This document shows, one piece after another, positions 17,481 to 27,519 of a DNA stretch of 64,000 bases. The notes under the pieces were generated by a model, which worked only from the letters and a program-made list of their open reading frames with translations, was not told where the DNA came from and searched no databases. Origin of the DNA: a virus. Its lineage: Duplodnaviria; Caudoviricetes. The position numbers and the translations under genes were made by a program. The stretch lies in the IMG/VR virus record IMGVR_UViG_3300038412_000083, positions 1-64,000 of that record; one strand, 5' to 3'. How positions within the stretch are numbered: position 1 is the first letter of the stretch; every line of letters begins with the position of its first letter.

Positions 17481-18652
17481 ATCGTATTTATGGATATTAA
17501 TTCTGAATCTTGAATTGGAGTTGAGAATGTTATAGTATTGCTTAAATAAGTCTTTGTTAAAAATTCTCCGCCGTCCAAAGGATCAATACCAGGAACTTTT
17601 ATACCACCCCTGTAAACATTCACGTATTTGTTTGCAATAAGACTATTCACGAAGGTTGTAGCTCCAACTACTATACCTGCAGAGATTGCTGCTGAAGTGC
17701 CAGCTACTACTTCAAGCACATAAGGAACTACCGGAGCCGGAGTGCTACCGCAATCATAAACATAAGCCGATATAGGAGCGTTTGTATGTGTTCTGCTAAG
17801 GGTTACGTTATTATTTAAGATGTCAATTATTTCCTGTATGTAAGTATCAACACCACCGCTATCAGAAGCGCATATTCTTTTTTGAGCATGAGCGTACAAT
17901 GTGTAAGCATACTCATAATCTGCTTTTGCGTTATCGTATTTTTGACAACTATTAATCAAAGCATCAAGCCTTGTTTTTAACGTTGTCATATCGGTAAGTA
18001 ACTGAGCAGAAGTAGGGGGTGTATAAACGTCCACGTTAAATACACTTTCTAAGTAGTCAACGATGCTTAAATAGCTGTAACTTGTTGACTGATAGGTTAT
18101 GGTTGCTGTAAAGGTTATAGCATAAGCAGAATCATAATAAGAACCCGCATATTTAAGATCAAAAGATGCTGAATTGGTGCCCGTAATTGTCGCCGCCGAC
18201 ATTACCGCTTGCCATGTACGTACTACCGTTTGCGTGAAACTTCCGGCAGTGTAAACTGTACTATCATCATAACTTAAAGCCGGAGTAAATACATCAAAAT
18301 TCTTAGTAAGAACAACTGTTGGTTTTGTATATCCTATCGTGAATGATCGTGATAACAATGTAGGTACATATCCATCCGCGGAAACTTCATACTTAATGGT
18401 GTATTCTCCCTGCTGTAGAAGATTTGCCGAAGTCAATCTAAGGGCTATTGAAGCAATTAAAGTACCACCTGAGATGTCCGGGGATGTAAACGTTCCCGTC
18501 CTTGTTATTCCATCCGGCTGAGTTATAGTAAAAATCCCTGTAGGAACTACACCAACCGGGTAAACAGAGTTATCAGTCAGCTTAAATACAGGGGCAGAGA
18601 TATTTGTAACATCTGCCTGTACTAAAAATGAAATATAACTTGATAAATCCAT
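17477..18652 (-). CDS. Virion structural protein (tail hub or fibre anchor candidate)
   Basis: Beta-rich, no signal peptide; first gene after a late promoter, upstream of the fibre. Confidence 0.6.
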   Translation of the reverse strand: MDLSSYISFLVQADVTNISAPVFKLTDNSVYPVGVVPTGIFTITQPDGITRTGTFTSPDISGGTLIASIALRLTSANLLQQGEYTIKYEVSADGYVPTLLSRSFTIGYTKPTVVLTKNFDVFTPALSYDDSTVYTAGSFTQTVVRTWQAVMSAATITGTNSASFDLKYAGSYYDSAYAITFTATITYQSTSYSYLSIVDYLESVFNVDVYTPPTSAQLLTDMTTLKTRLDALINSCQKYDNAKADYEYAYTLYAHAQKRICASDSGGVDTYIQEIIDILNNNVTLSRTHTNAPISAYVYDCGSTPAPVVPYVLEVVAGTSAAISAGIVVGATTFVNSLIANKYVNVYRGGIKVPGIDPLDGGEFLTKTYLSNTITFSTPIQDSELISINTI

Positions 18653-18667
18653 GTATTTAGATTAAAA

Positions 18668-18721
18668 CAAAGTTAGACGGTTAGGTACATGGTGTACCCT
18701 AAAATACGGGGAGAAATATTT
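18668..18721 (-). promoter_or_regulatory. Late promoter, copy 1
   Basis: AAATATTTCTCCCC...TACA-CCA-TGTA-N10-TAACTTTG, 54 bp. Confidence 0.8.
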
Positions 18722-18792
18722 AAAAAACCGCCTTTCGGACTATCGTGCGAAACGAATGTGATCAGACGGCTACCCTTATCAACTAAACGAGA

Positions 18793-19680
18793 TTACTCTT
18801 GTACAGAGGATTTGAGCTGTGCCTTTATATTTTTGATAACTACTTTCCCTTGAGCAGAAGTCTTTAACCATTCTGCAAGCTGGTCTATGGTGTCCACGCT
18901 TTCTTTTCTATCGAATGATCGTATAACTTCATTGGTCTGTGTGAAATTGTATTTGTTTTCTAATGGACTAAAAGTGATAACATTATCTGCAATCGCTTCA
19001 TTTATGAGTGACCTTAATGCTAAGTCATTTTTATTCCCTACAATTTTCTTAAACCCTGCTGGATCTTTAAGAACAAGCTCCTTTAAGCGTGTAGTGATAA
19101 TTTCTTCGCTTGAATTTCTATCCCATCCATAGGCCCCGGCGACTTCCATCTTTTCTGATTTGGATAAGTCCCTTACAAACACGAGCATTTCGGTAAGAAG
19201 GTCGTACTGGCGGCTCTTTTCTTTACTTTCTTTTTCAGCGTCAATAAGTTTGAATTTCGCTTTTTTGTTTTTGTCCCTGTGTGGATTGCTTTCGTTCTCA
19301 TTACAGATAAGCATATACTCATACCACTTTTCCTGCTCTATATTACCGCCTACGATAGTTATAAATCCATTGGTATTTTTTGGCATTATTGTCCATTGGT
19401 CGCATATAGCCTTCCCTTTTTCATCAATTTCTGTTACTACACCGATTTCTACTATCTTCCCAGTGTAAGGGTCTTTAATATTATCATGCCCTCTAATCTC
19501 GTCCACCATTTTCCAGATGATTTCTTTCCCTTCCTTCCTTCTTTCATCCGGGTCAGGATTTAGAATACCATCGAGTAATTTGAATTGTACTACCTGTCCA
19601 TCAGATAATATTTTTTTATCGAGTTCAGCCTGATATTTTTCTGAGATTTTGTTAATGCCTGAGTTGTCAAACGTTTGCAT
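18793..19680 (-). CDS. Conserved head-associated protein downstream of the MCP
   Basis: 295 aa; its position mirrors crAss-like head modules. Confidence 0.6.
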   Translation of the reverse strand: MQTFDNSGINKISEKYQAELDKKILSDGQVVQFKLLDGILNPDPDERRKEGKEIIWKMVDEIRGHDNIKDPYTGKIVEIGVVTEIDEKGKAICDQWTIMPKNTNGFITIVGGNIEQEKWYEYMLICNENESNPHRDKNKKAKFKLIDAEKESKEKSRQYDLLTEMLVFVRDLSKSEKMEVAGAYGWDRNSSEEIITTRLKELVLKDPAGFKKIVGNKNDLALRSLINEAIADNVITFSPLENKYNFTQTNEVIRSFDRKESVDTIDQLAEWLKTSAQGKVVIKNIKAQLKSSVQE

Positions 19681-19710
19681 AAAATTTTTGTTTAGTTAAT
19701 AAAAGATATA

Positions 19711-19740
19711 AAGAAAAGAAGGCGAGTTGCCCCGCCTTCT
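19711..19740 (-). terminator. Intrinsic terminator after the MCP
   Basis: Stem AAGAAGGCG/CGCCTTCTT followed by a T-rich tract on the minus strand. Confidence 0.65.
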
Positions 19741-19746
19741 TATTAA

Positions 19747-21057
19747 TTAAGCTGCAACACCTGATTGTTTAGCAACCTGGTTAGCACCAAGTACTTCAAG
19801 ACCTTGATAGGTTTCCCAATGCGCCTGCCAGTTAGCAACTGTTCCATTTCCGTTAGGAGATAGAGCACCAGTATGCCATTCACCAATCATTTCATTTCCA
19901 CCAGGGAAAGAATGTTGTAAATACCTGATCTGAATACGAGGCTGCATTCCACCGCCTTCAACATTTACTTTTCCGGTAGGAACCCAATAGATGGCTTTCT
20001 TAATAGAATCAGTAAACAACTGAGGATGAGAGAAAATTGGCATCGGTATCAAAGAATATTTACGGCTACCGAAAGTGTAGCTGTCAACAGTCAAGTCGAG
20101 ATCCTTGCCGTCAATATTCATACGTCCAGACTGTATGCCACTTGAACCGAGTGCTTTAAAATAAGTATCGTAAACGATCTTAGAAGCATCAGAACAGTAA
20201 CCCATGTATTCCAAAGGAGCTTTTGCGGCATTTAATTTAGACGCAAAGTCGGCCAAATCTGCAGTGACAAGTGTTCCGGCAGTAGCAAGTGTATCAGCAA
20301 TACCGTAAGTGGTAGCATACTGATCAAGACCTCTTGTTTTTTGAAGCGGTTTACCGTTGGCATCTACCAGAGCAGGTGAAGCATCACCGTATCTTGTAGC
20401 AGAAATTTGTCCACCGATCATTGCGATATCCACAGAGGCGGTCAATGCCTGTACTTTCTTCGCGTGTTCGTAAACACCATAAAGAGCCTGTCCGTTATAA
20501 TTGAACTCAATAGGAGTTACCTTTTGAATATCAGTGATAACGTCAATTTCCCTGAATGCCTGGATTAAGTTTGAGTATTTTGTTACATCATACTTCCTGT
20601 TAGTCACAGCATCACTTTCTTCACCTACTACGTTACCGTTGTAAATCAGTGCATTTCCTGATACCAATGTAAGGGCTGTTCCGTCGCCGGAGTTTATAAC
20701 CAAAGTATCAACGCCGGAAGAAGTGCTTACACTGTAAACAACTCCATCATTACCGGCTGGAAATTTAGCCACATCACCTACACGCCAGAATCCGTTTCCT
20801 GCAGTTAAAGCAGTAGTTACGGCAGTAGTACCGGAGCCAGAAGTAGTACCAACAGTAGTAGCAACGAACAAGTCGCTGTTTACGAAGTGGTGGTATTCCG
20901 GCATTTTGCATTTCTTAGTTCTGCCAAGCAACTGCATTGTTTTTAAAAATCCTGTATCATTCGCTGCATCTATCAATGCAGGATTGATGTCACGTTGGTC
21001 AAGCATATCAATAGCTGACACATACGCCTTATTTAGAGTACCCCTTGTAATAGCCAT
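19747..21057 (-). CDS. Major capsid protein
   Basis: 436 aa; follows portal and scaffold; TRGLDQY motif; followed by a terminator. Confidence 0.8.
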   Translation of the reverse strand: MAITRGTLNKAYVSAIDMLDQRDINPALIDAANDTGFLKTMQLLGRTKKCKMPEYHHFVNSDLFVATTVGTTSGSGTTAVTTALTAGNGFWRVGDVAKFPAGNDGVVYSVSTSSGVDTLVINSGDGTALTLVSGNALIYNGNVVGEESDAVTNRKYDVTKYSNLIQAFREIDVITDIQKVTPIEFNYNGQALYGVYEHAKKVQALTASVDIAMIGGQISATRYGDASPALVDANGKPLQKTRGLDQYATTYGIADTLATAGTLVTADLADFASKLNAAKAPLEYMGYCSDASKIVYDTYFKALGSSGIQSGRMNIDGKDLDLTVDSYTFGSRKYSLIPMPIFSHPQLFTDSIKKAIYWVPTGKVNVEGGGMQPRIQIRYLQHSFPGGNEMIGEWHTGALSPNGNGTVANWQAHWETYQGLEVLGANQVAKQSGVAA

Positions 21058-21087
21058 TATTAAAAAATTAGATTGTTATAAAAGTTG

Positions 21088-22194
21088 TTAATTCGATTCT
21101 TTGAACTTTCCGAACTTAGCAAGAGCCTGTGCCGGTGTCAATGACGTATCAGTAATTGACGGGGCCGAATCTTTCTTTGTAGGGTTTTGAAGTTCATCGA
21201 ATGCCTTTTTTTTGCCTATCGTTTCTCCATGAGATATGAGCATCTGCTCAATTTTGTCCATGTTGGCTATATAGGCTTTAGCCTTGTAAACTTTTGCGAG
21301 GTCAGCATTCCCTTTCTTATCAACCAAGTCATTAAATAAAAGGTTAGGGTTAAGGGCAGTTTCTACCAAGTCTTTAGGCTTTTCAACGTTGAAGTTGAAG
21401 GCTGTTTCTCCGCTACCGTAAACAAGTTTCTTGTCTTTAAGTAGGGTTTTGGTTTGGTCGCTCTCATCCACGAAACTCTTGTACTCATTGTACTTAGCCT
21501 CTTGTTCTGCCTGTTGACGCTGTGCACTGTCATCAACAGGCTTCTCCGGTGCTTTAAACTTGCTTTGTGTTTCTATTAACCCTTTTCTGATTTTATTAGC
21601 TTCGTGTTTCAATAACTCCCTGCCCAGTTCTGCGGCGGCCTCTCCGTTTACTTCCGCATCAAGTTTATACTGTTCATTTACTTTTTGTTCGTAAAGCATG
21701 TCGAACACCTTGTCCGGCATATCCTTGTACTGTTGGCGCAGGTCATGTTTCATAATCTGCTCGTCAGTGAACTTTGAGTAATCAACCGTCTTAGCTTCCA
21801 AGTAAGGTGTTAAATCCCCTGTCTGCTCTTTATATTTTAAAAGGTCAATATCAAAATCGTCAAAACCCAGTTTTTTAAGGGCTTCATACTTATCAATCTT
21901 TTTAAGTTCCTCGTCAAAGTTTAAAACTGGTACTACTACCTTTTCTTCTTTAACTTCTTCCGGCTTTTCTTCCGGTATTTCCACTTTTTCATCTACCTTT
22001 TCCTCGGCAGGTTTTTCTTCTACTTTTTCCTCCGGCACTTTTGCCACCTTTTCTTCGGCTGGTTTTTCATCTGCCTCTACTTCCGGTTCGTCAGGGTCAA
22101 CCAATGAAATATCACCGCTTTTTGCTCCCTCAAAAGGATTATAGGCTATACCGCCTTTACCTTCTAAGGCATCATAGAATTTTTTTATGAACAT
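21088..22194 (-). CDS. Capsid scaffolding protein
   Basis: Very acidic E/K/P-rich N-terminus and coiled-coil; lies between portal and MCP. Confidence 0.7.
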   Translation of the reverse strand: MFIKKFYDALEGKGGIAYNPFEGAKSGDISLVDPDEPEVEADEKPAEEKVAKVPEEKVEEKPAEEKVDEKVEIPEEKPEEVKEEKVVVPVLNFDEELKKIDKYEALKKLGFDDFDIDLLKYKEQTGDLTPYLEAKTVDYSKFTDEQIMKHDLRQQYKDMPDKVFDMLYEQKVNEQYKLDAEVNGEAAAELGRELLKHEANKIRKGLIETQSKFKAPEKPVDDSAQRQQAEQEAKYNEYKSFVDESDQTKTLLKDKKLVYGSGETAFNFNVEKPKDLVETALNPNLLFNDLVDKKGNADLAKVYKAKAYIANMDKIEQMLISHGETIGKKKAFDELQNPTKKDSAPSITDTSLTPAQALAKFGKFKESN

Positions 22195-22231
22195 AATTTG
22201 TTGTTTAGTGGGGTAAACTATTTTCTAAAAA

Positions 22232-22285
22232 CAAAATTAGAATGATAGATACATAGTGTATCTCAAAATAAGGGGAGAAATATTT
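22232..22285 (-). promoter_or_regulatory. Late promoter, copy 2
   Basis: AAATATTTCTCCCCTTATTTT...TACA-CTA-TGTA-N10-TAATTTTG, 54 bp. Confidence 0.8.
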
Positions 22286-22342
22286 GGTAGCCGTTAGCCG
22301 CAACCACCCCAATTGTGAAATGCGGCTGTCTATATCGGCTTT

Positions 22343-24745
22343 TTATCCAGCCATTGCAGGCTGTGGAGACTGTTGTGGTGCTCCTTGTTGCGATTGCTGA
22401 TCAGGTGGTGGCTGTAATGGTGGCAACCCTGATTGATCTGGTTGTCCTTGTTGTGGTTGTCCTGCCATACCTTGTCCGGCACCTGCCGGAGTATCACCTG
22501 CCGCACTCATAGCTTGCGTAATTATTTTAGCATTTGCCCCTATTATAGTGGCTGTATCTGCTGTTTTATTTTTAAGTTCCTGAACGGCAAGATTACCTTC
22601 AATTTCCCTGTTCAAATACTCCATATCGTATTGATGTTTCAGCGCTTCACCCTGTTGTTTTAACTTCTCTGACACCATAACCGACTGCTGCTGCCCTTGA
22701 ATAGTCTGCTGATTATTCTGTAAAGCGTTCTGCTGCATCAAGGCTTTATTTTTCTTCACCTTGTAAGCGAGTAACTGGTACGCTTGCCTTGATGAGTACA
22801 TATCAAGTATAATCAAAACGTCTGAAAGGTCTAAATATCCCGCTGCTATATTCGGCTGCATCTCCTGAATGATTAACTGCTTTATTTCATCCGTAGGGCG
22901 TACTTCGCAGGCGATAGCAAACTCATGTAAAGCAAGATTAGGTGAGACGGTTATCAACTTCACTCCATTTCCACCGAGGGCATTAATATAACCGCCATAA
23001 TCGCCTCTTTTTAACGCTATCTGTAACCTCATAAAACAACTACGTGCCAACTTTTCAAGCAAGCATTTTTCAGCATCTATAATTCCAAAGAGTGCGTTGT
23101 TTGCACTTTCCATATTTGCCTGGATAAGTCCGTTAGGCATCCTGTCTTGTCCTGCAGTACTTCCGTCAGTTAATTCATTTAAACCGCTTATATCCCTTAT
23201 CTGTGCGATAATAGAAGTCATGTGCTGATATAAAGCAAGCATTTCCTGTGCAAAGGAAGTTTGTATAACTTCAACCGGTTTATAATTAATGTTATTATTA
23301 GCGTTGTCTTTCTTTCTATAAACCAAAAGCTGGCTCTGAAAGAACATATCGAGTACTTCCGAAGGTTTTAAGTTTTCTCCACCTTGTCCGAGGGCGACAT
23401 CTTCAATAGCATCCAAATCTATTGCCCATCCAAAAGGCATCATCCGGTTATTTAAGTTCTGCACTTTATAAACAAGCAACTGGTATTCATCAGCCATAGG
23501 TATCAACTGTTCCATGATTGACAAAACTCTCATTTCATGGAAGTCTGGAGCATAAAAAGAATAACTTAATTCTGTCTTAGCAGCCTTCTTAGTATTAGTA
23601 GAACGCGGCTGATCTTTTGCGATCCCAAAATCATAACAAAAATCAGTTCCGATAATCCATTTACACTTATAAACTACTTCTATAGTTTTAGGAATATACT
23701 TAGGCTGTTCCTTGCCGTCAATTACGATAGTTTTATCTGAATCTTTTTTAGAGTATTTCGCATTGGCAAAGGCTAAATTCCCTTTGGCATCCACGTTTTG
23801 CTCTTTGACAATAGTGTTATAGGTTATCCATTCACAGTCTAATACTTTGATCTTTGAGGGGTCGTGTCTGTAGATGGTAAATATTGAACCTAAAGGACGC
23901 TGCTGGTTGTCCGTTTGGGCTACTCCTTTTAAATATTCCATTGTTTCAGCATCAAACTGTTTGGATATTTCAGTTAAAGGAACTTCTATAATCTCCCCTG
24001 CATATGAAAGGTCTCTAAAGTCTCTTTTGCGGCAATAGTTAGTCAGAATATTTCTTAAATCACACACTCTGAATCGCACCCTTCCGTTTGCATCTGTCCA
24101 TACTTTTTGTCCACCTACGCCATAGTCAAATAAATTCTCAAACTGCAGTTTTCTATGTTCGTAAATATCGTTATCGGTATCATTGAAAATTACTCCCACA
24201 CCTTCTTCGGCCTCAATAGATAGATTGGTTTTTGAACCGTAGTCCATCTGCATCTGCAGTTCTTCCATATCTTCGGGATCACCAAATTTTTTCTTAAAAG
24301 CAGGTAAGTCGGCAAGTTGAGGCTGTTGTTGTAAAATTTTTTCCCGAAGAATCATCTTCGCCTTTATGTCGCTGTAATATTTTGATACCTCATCGCGGGC
24401 CAAAGGGTCAATGGGATGAAAATTTACATTGTATTCGGCCTTTTCCAGTTTACCGAGTGCTATCCTCCTGAATTTGGAAACAATAGGACGTATTGACCAG
24501 TCAATATTAAGGTAAGAACTATCATCTTCTTTATCTACTCCCATACCTTTTTGATACTTAGCAAGAATCTGGTAGCCAAGAGCATAAGATTTTATCCTTT
24601 CATACTTATCGGCAGCATGAGAAAAGAGTGTTTTAGGCACTACATGAATCCAGTTATTATAAATAGCTTCGGCATATCTCTTACAGTAGTCCTGATTTTT
24701 CAATTTAGGGTCTATGCTGTCTGCCGGAAAAGTTGAATCACTCAT
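22343..24745 (-). CDS. Portal protein
   Basis: 800 aa directly after TerL; LNIDWS...KFRRIALGK and ISGLNELTDGS motifs; Q/P-rich tail as in podovirus portals. Confidence 0.85.
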   Translation of the reverse strand: MSDSTFPADSIDPKLKNQDYCKRYAEAIYNNWIHVVPKTLFSHAADKYERIKSYALGYQILAKYQKGMGVDKEDDSSYLNIDWSIRPIVSKFRRIALGKLEKAEYNVNFHPIDPLARDEVSKYYSDIKAKMILREKILQQQPQLADLPAFKKKFGDPEDMEELQMQMDYGSKTNLSIEAEEGVGVIFNDTDNDIYEHRKLQFENLFDYGVGGQKVWTDANGRVRFRVCDLRNILTNYCRKRDFRDLSYAGEIIEVPLTEISKQFDAETMEYLKGVAQTDNQQRPLGSIFTIYRHDPSKIKVLDCEWITYNTIVKEQNVDAKGNLAFANAKYSKKDSDKTIVIDGKEQPKYIPKTIEVVYKCKWIIGTDFCYDFGIAKDQPRSTNTKKAAKTELSYSFYAPDFHEMRVLSIMEQLIPMADEYQLLVYKVQNLNNRMMPFGWAIDLDAIEDVALGQGGENLKPSEVLDMFFQSQLLVYRKKDNANNNINYKPVEVIQTSFAQEMLALYQHMTSIIAQIRDISGLNELTDGSTAGQDRMPNGLIQANMESANNALFGIIDAEKCLLEKLARSCFMRLQIALKRGDYGGYINALGGNGVKLITVSPNLALHEFAIACEVRPTDEIKQLIIQEMQPNIAAGYLDLSDVLIILDMYSSRQAYQLLAYKVKKNKALMQQNALQNNQQTIQGQQQSVMVSEKLKQQGEALKHQYDMEYLNREIEGNLAVQELKNKTADTATIIGANAKIITQAMSAAGDTPAGAGQGMAGQPQQGQPDQSGLPPLQPPPDQQSQQGAPQQSPQPAMAG

Positions 24746-26808
24746 GCTGTTTTGTATTTTTTAACGTAATCAGTTATTGGCCTTAATTTGCCAGGGTCTC
24801 TTTTAATAATTTTGTATTTGTCAGCCCACAGTGTCCACATAGAAGCCATAGTTTCATCTTCTTTTTGGGTATCGTTGACATTGAATTTTATCCAGCTTTG
24901 GAGTAATCTTTTGAAGTAAACTTTATCAAGATTTTCGTTTATGTATTCTTCAAGAAGATCAACGCCTGATTGCTTATTGGCAGGGCTAGCCGGAATACCG
25001 GAATCTTTATAATCGTCAAGTTGTATAAGGAATGAATTGCAATTATTATCTCTGAAGTAAGTACGAACTCCGGGTTTATTACTTTCAAATAATAGTGAGC
25101 ACCCGAAGTAAAAGCAAGCCTTTAAAACATCGTCGTACATCATAGCCGCCGTCGCTGGCCTGTAAACGTATTCCATGACAAATGCCTTATTATAAGGATC
25201 GGAAGGCTTCATAGGATTATGCTTCTTAAACACATAAAAAGCAGCATTTGACTTCCGGTTATCCTCCGTTATGTCATGATCATAAGGATCTAAACCAATA
25301 ACATACTTTGAAGTGTTGGCCGGTTGATAACCGTTGCCTCTTTTCATTACATTATTAATATCAGTTTCGTTATCAAACTTGAATCCGGTACAGATATAAA
25401 ACTTGCCTGAATTTTTATTAGGAACGAAATTTACTTTGGTAAGATGTTCGCCTTTATCCCAAACTAAATCACCTCTTTGAACCATATTTGTCCATCCTAT
25501 TTCGTCTATACGTTCGTGTAGTTTTGATTGCGGGAAGTGGCACGTATTAGAAGTAATTCTAAAAGCCTGTATAACATCAAAAGGATTTTTCCTCATGTCA
25601 GCTATAAGGTCTGATTCGCTATCCTGGTACTGCCTTTGAGAATCTTTTATACGCTGTTTTTCTTTGGCTTCATCGCAGTAACCGTACTTGTCGTATTTAC
25701 CTGATCTGTACGCCGGCATAAAAAAGCAATACAGTTCACCGCCCCTTTCTACTGAATCTGAAACGGGCATTCTCCTTAGTTGATCATTCTGCGCCCAAAA
25801 CTTATCACCTTTGTATTTAACACCTATTTCCTCTACCGTAGAAGTGTAAAGGATTTTTCCTGTTATAGCTCCGGTATGATCAGTAGCACAATACTTAATA
25901 ACAAGGTGTCTTTTAAAACAATCTACCTCAGTCTTAAAGACTTCATCCACAACGCCCCTTTTAAGTTTGTGACCATCATACGCTTTGGGTTTTGAATCCA
26001 TGAAAGTCAGGTAAGAACCAAGTTCCTGCCCATTATTGTGAATGTTATTGTTCTTGCCTTTTACCGAAGGTTGAGTGAAACTAATATCACTTTTTAGAGT
26101 GCTTGAAGTGTCCCATATTGGAACAAAGAAAGAAGCAAGCCTTTTAAACGGAGATACGATAGTTTTAGAGAAAAATTCAGAAGCAGAATCTTTGTTGTAA
26201 GATATAATACCACCCTCAATAGTTCCGTAGGTTCTTGAAAGACTTTCAAACAACATACAACCAGCAAAGAAGGATTTTCCGTCACGCCTTTTTCTTACCT
26301 CAATCATCCCTACCGCGTGCGGATCTTCAACCACTACCTGCCACAAATAAGCCTTTTCCAAGTCTATGATACGAAAGTCTGGATAACCGGAATCAAGGTG
26401 CCAATAGTTAAGGAAGAAATAGTGAAGGCCGGTAATGTAAACCGGAACACCGTTGTTCCAAAACCATACACCGTACATTCTCCTATGCCACTCCTGTATT
26501 CTAAAAGCGTCAAGGTCTGGATCAGAATAGCCAACATCTTCAACGGGTCTGTTTGAGGCTTCTGCAGCCCTCTTTTCCGCAGCTTTTACTTCTTCGTCTT
26601 TTTTCTTCTCTATTAAGGCTTTCTTTTCAAAATCTTTGGGTAATAGAGTTCTTTCCCAGTATTGTTCTTCTTTTTTACCGGAACGCTTAATAATATCCGT
26701 CGGTTTTAAAGCACCCGTTTCTGAATGACTACCCATCCCCAAAGGAGGTATGTAGCAGGTAACACCTTCTAAAATTATAGAGCTTCCATCTGGTATAGGA
26801 TTATACAC
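24742..26808 (-). CDS. terL: Terminase large subunit
   Basis: Walker A KRRDGKS, Walker B GVVDE, nuclease IGLDPYD, C-terminal DETMA. Confidence 0.9.
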   Translation of the reverse strand: MYNPIPDGSSIILEGVTCYIPPLGMGSHSETGALKPTDIIKRSGKKEEQYWERTLLPKDFEKKALIEKKKDEEVKAAEKRAAEASNRPVEDVGYSDPDLDAFRIQEWHRRMYGVWFWNNGVPVYITGLHYFFLNYWHLDSGYPDFRIIDLEKAYLWQVVVEDPHAVGMIEVRKRRDGKSFFAGCMLFESLSRTYGTIEGGIISYNKDSASEFFSKTIVSPFKRLASFFVPIWDTSSTLKSDISFTQPSVKGKNNNIHNNGQELGSYLTFMDSKPKAYDGHKLKRGVVDEVFKTEVDCFKRHLVIKYCATDHTGAITGKILYTSTVEEIGVKYKGDKFWAQNDQLRRMPVSDSVERGGELYCFFMPAYRSGKYDKYGYCDEAKEKQRIKDSQRQYQDSESDLIADMRKNPFDVIQAFRITSNTCHFPQSKLHERIDEIGWTNMVQRGDLVWDKGEHLTKVNFVPNKNSGKFYICTGFKFDNETDINNVMKRGNGYQPANTSKYVIGLDPYDHDITEDNRKSNAAFYVFKKHNPMKPSDPYNKAFVMEYVYRPATAAMMYDDVLKACFYFGCSLLFESNKPGVRTYFRDNNCNSFLIQLDDYKDSGIPASPANKQSGVDLLEEYINENLDKVYFKRLLQSWIKFNVNDTQKEDETMASMWTLWADKYKIIKRDPGKLRPITDYVKKYKTA

Positions 26809-27391
26809 GCGCCATAGTTTCGGGTGAAATACGATTGTTTATTACCTGTTCTCTCAAATCATCATCTTCAAAAATCTCTTTGTAATATTCTTTGAGTATA
26901 GTGTGTATCTCCTTTAAGTCCTGCACCAGCTTAGATTTCAGGACTATCGTAGCCATTACGTCCTTTTCTTTTGTAGTATCCTTATCATCCTCTACCGGCT
27001 TCATTAATCGCTCATTGTACTCATAAAAAGTTTGCTCATGTGATACAATCATTGACCATGTTCTGTCATGAATAAACTCTTTTAGGAACTTTATAGCTTT
27101 GGCTGCGGCTTCTTTATTTTTGAATGAGTAAACACTATCTAAAAAATCGCTGTCTTTTTGCAGGTCGAATCCGGCGAGTTTTGCCGCTTCCTGTTTCCGT
27201 GTTTTAATGTTGCGTATATCCCGTATGAAAGGAGATTTAGGATCATAGAGAAAGAGAATATATTTAAGCACTTTTTCACCATGCTCCCCTTGTGGTAGCA
27301 AGTCTTTTAAAGCAGGATATTTGCCAGTTAAGTCCTTAGCGAAAGGATTAAATAAACAATTTTTAAACGATTCCTGTGAGTAATCGGCCAT
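26801..27391 (-). CDS. Packaging-associated protein (possible terminase small subunit)
   Basis: Helical 196 aa; overlaps the terL start; first gene of a late operon. TerS call is positional only. Confidence 0.4.
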   Translation of the reverse strand: MADYSQESFKNCLFNPFAKDLTGKYPALKDLLPQGEHGEKVLKYILFLYDPKSPFIRDIRNIKTRKQEAAKLAGFDLQKDSDFLDSVYSFKNKEAAAKAIKFLKEFIHDRTWSMIVSHEQTFYEYNERLMKPVEDDKDTTKEKDVMATIVLKSKLVQDLKEIHTILKEYYKEIFEDDDLREQVINNRISPETMARV

Positions 27392-27407
27392 AATAATATT
27401 TCTCCAA

Positions 27408-27461
27408 CAAAATTAATCCTGTCGGTACAGTATGTATCGTAAAATGCGAGGAGAAATATTT
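27408..27461 (-). promoter_or_regulatory. Late promoter, copy 3
   Basis: AAATATTTCTCCTC...TACA-TAC-TGTA-N10-TAATTTTG, 54 bp. Confidence 0.8.
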
Positions 27462-27519
27462 GTTTATTATTGATACATAGTGTAATTACACCTTGAAGCA
27501 TTAGGAATAAAGTCATGAA

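Noticed and set aside
13000-18700. Diversity-generating retroelement or invertible fibre cassette
   Set aside because: No reverse transcriptase, no template/variable repeat pair differing at adenines, and no inverted repeats seen.
21840-21870. DFDID motif suggesting a crAss-type RNA polymerase active site
   Set aside because: It lies in a 368-aa acidic scaffold-like protein with no other RNAP features.
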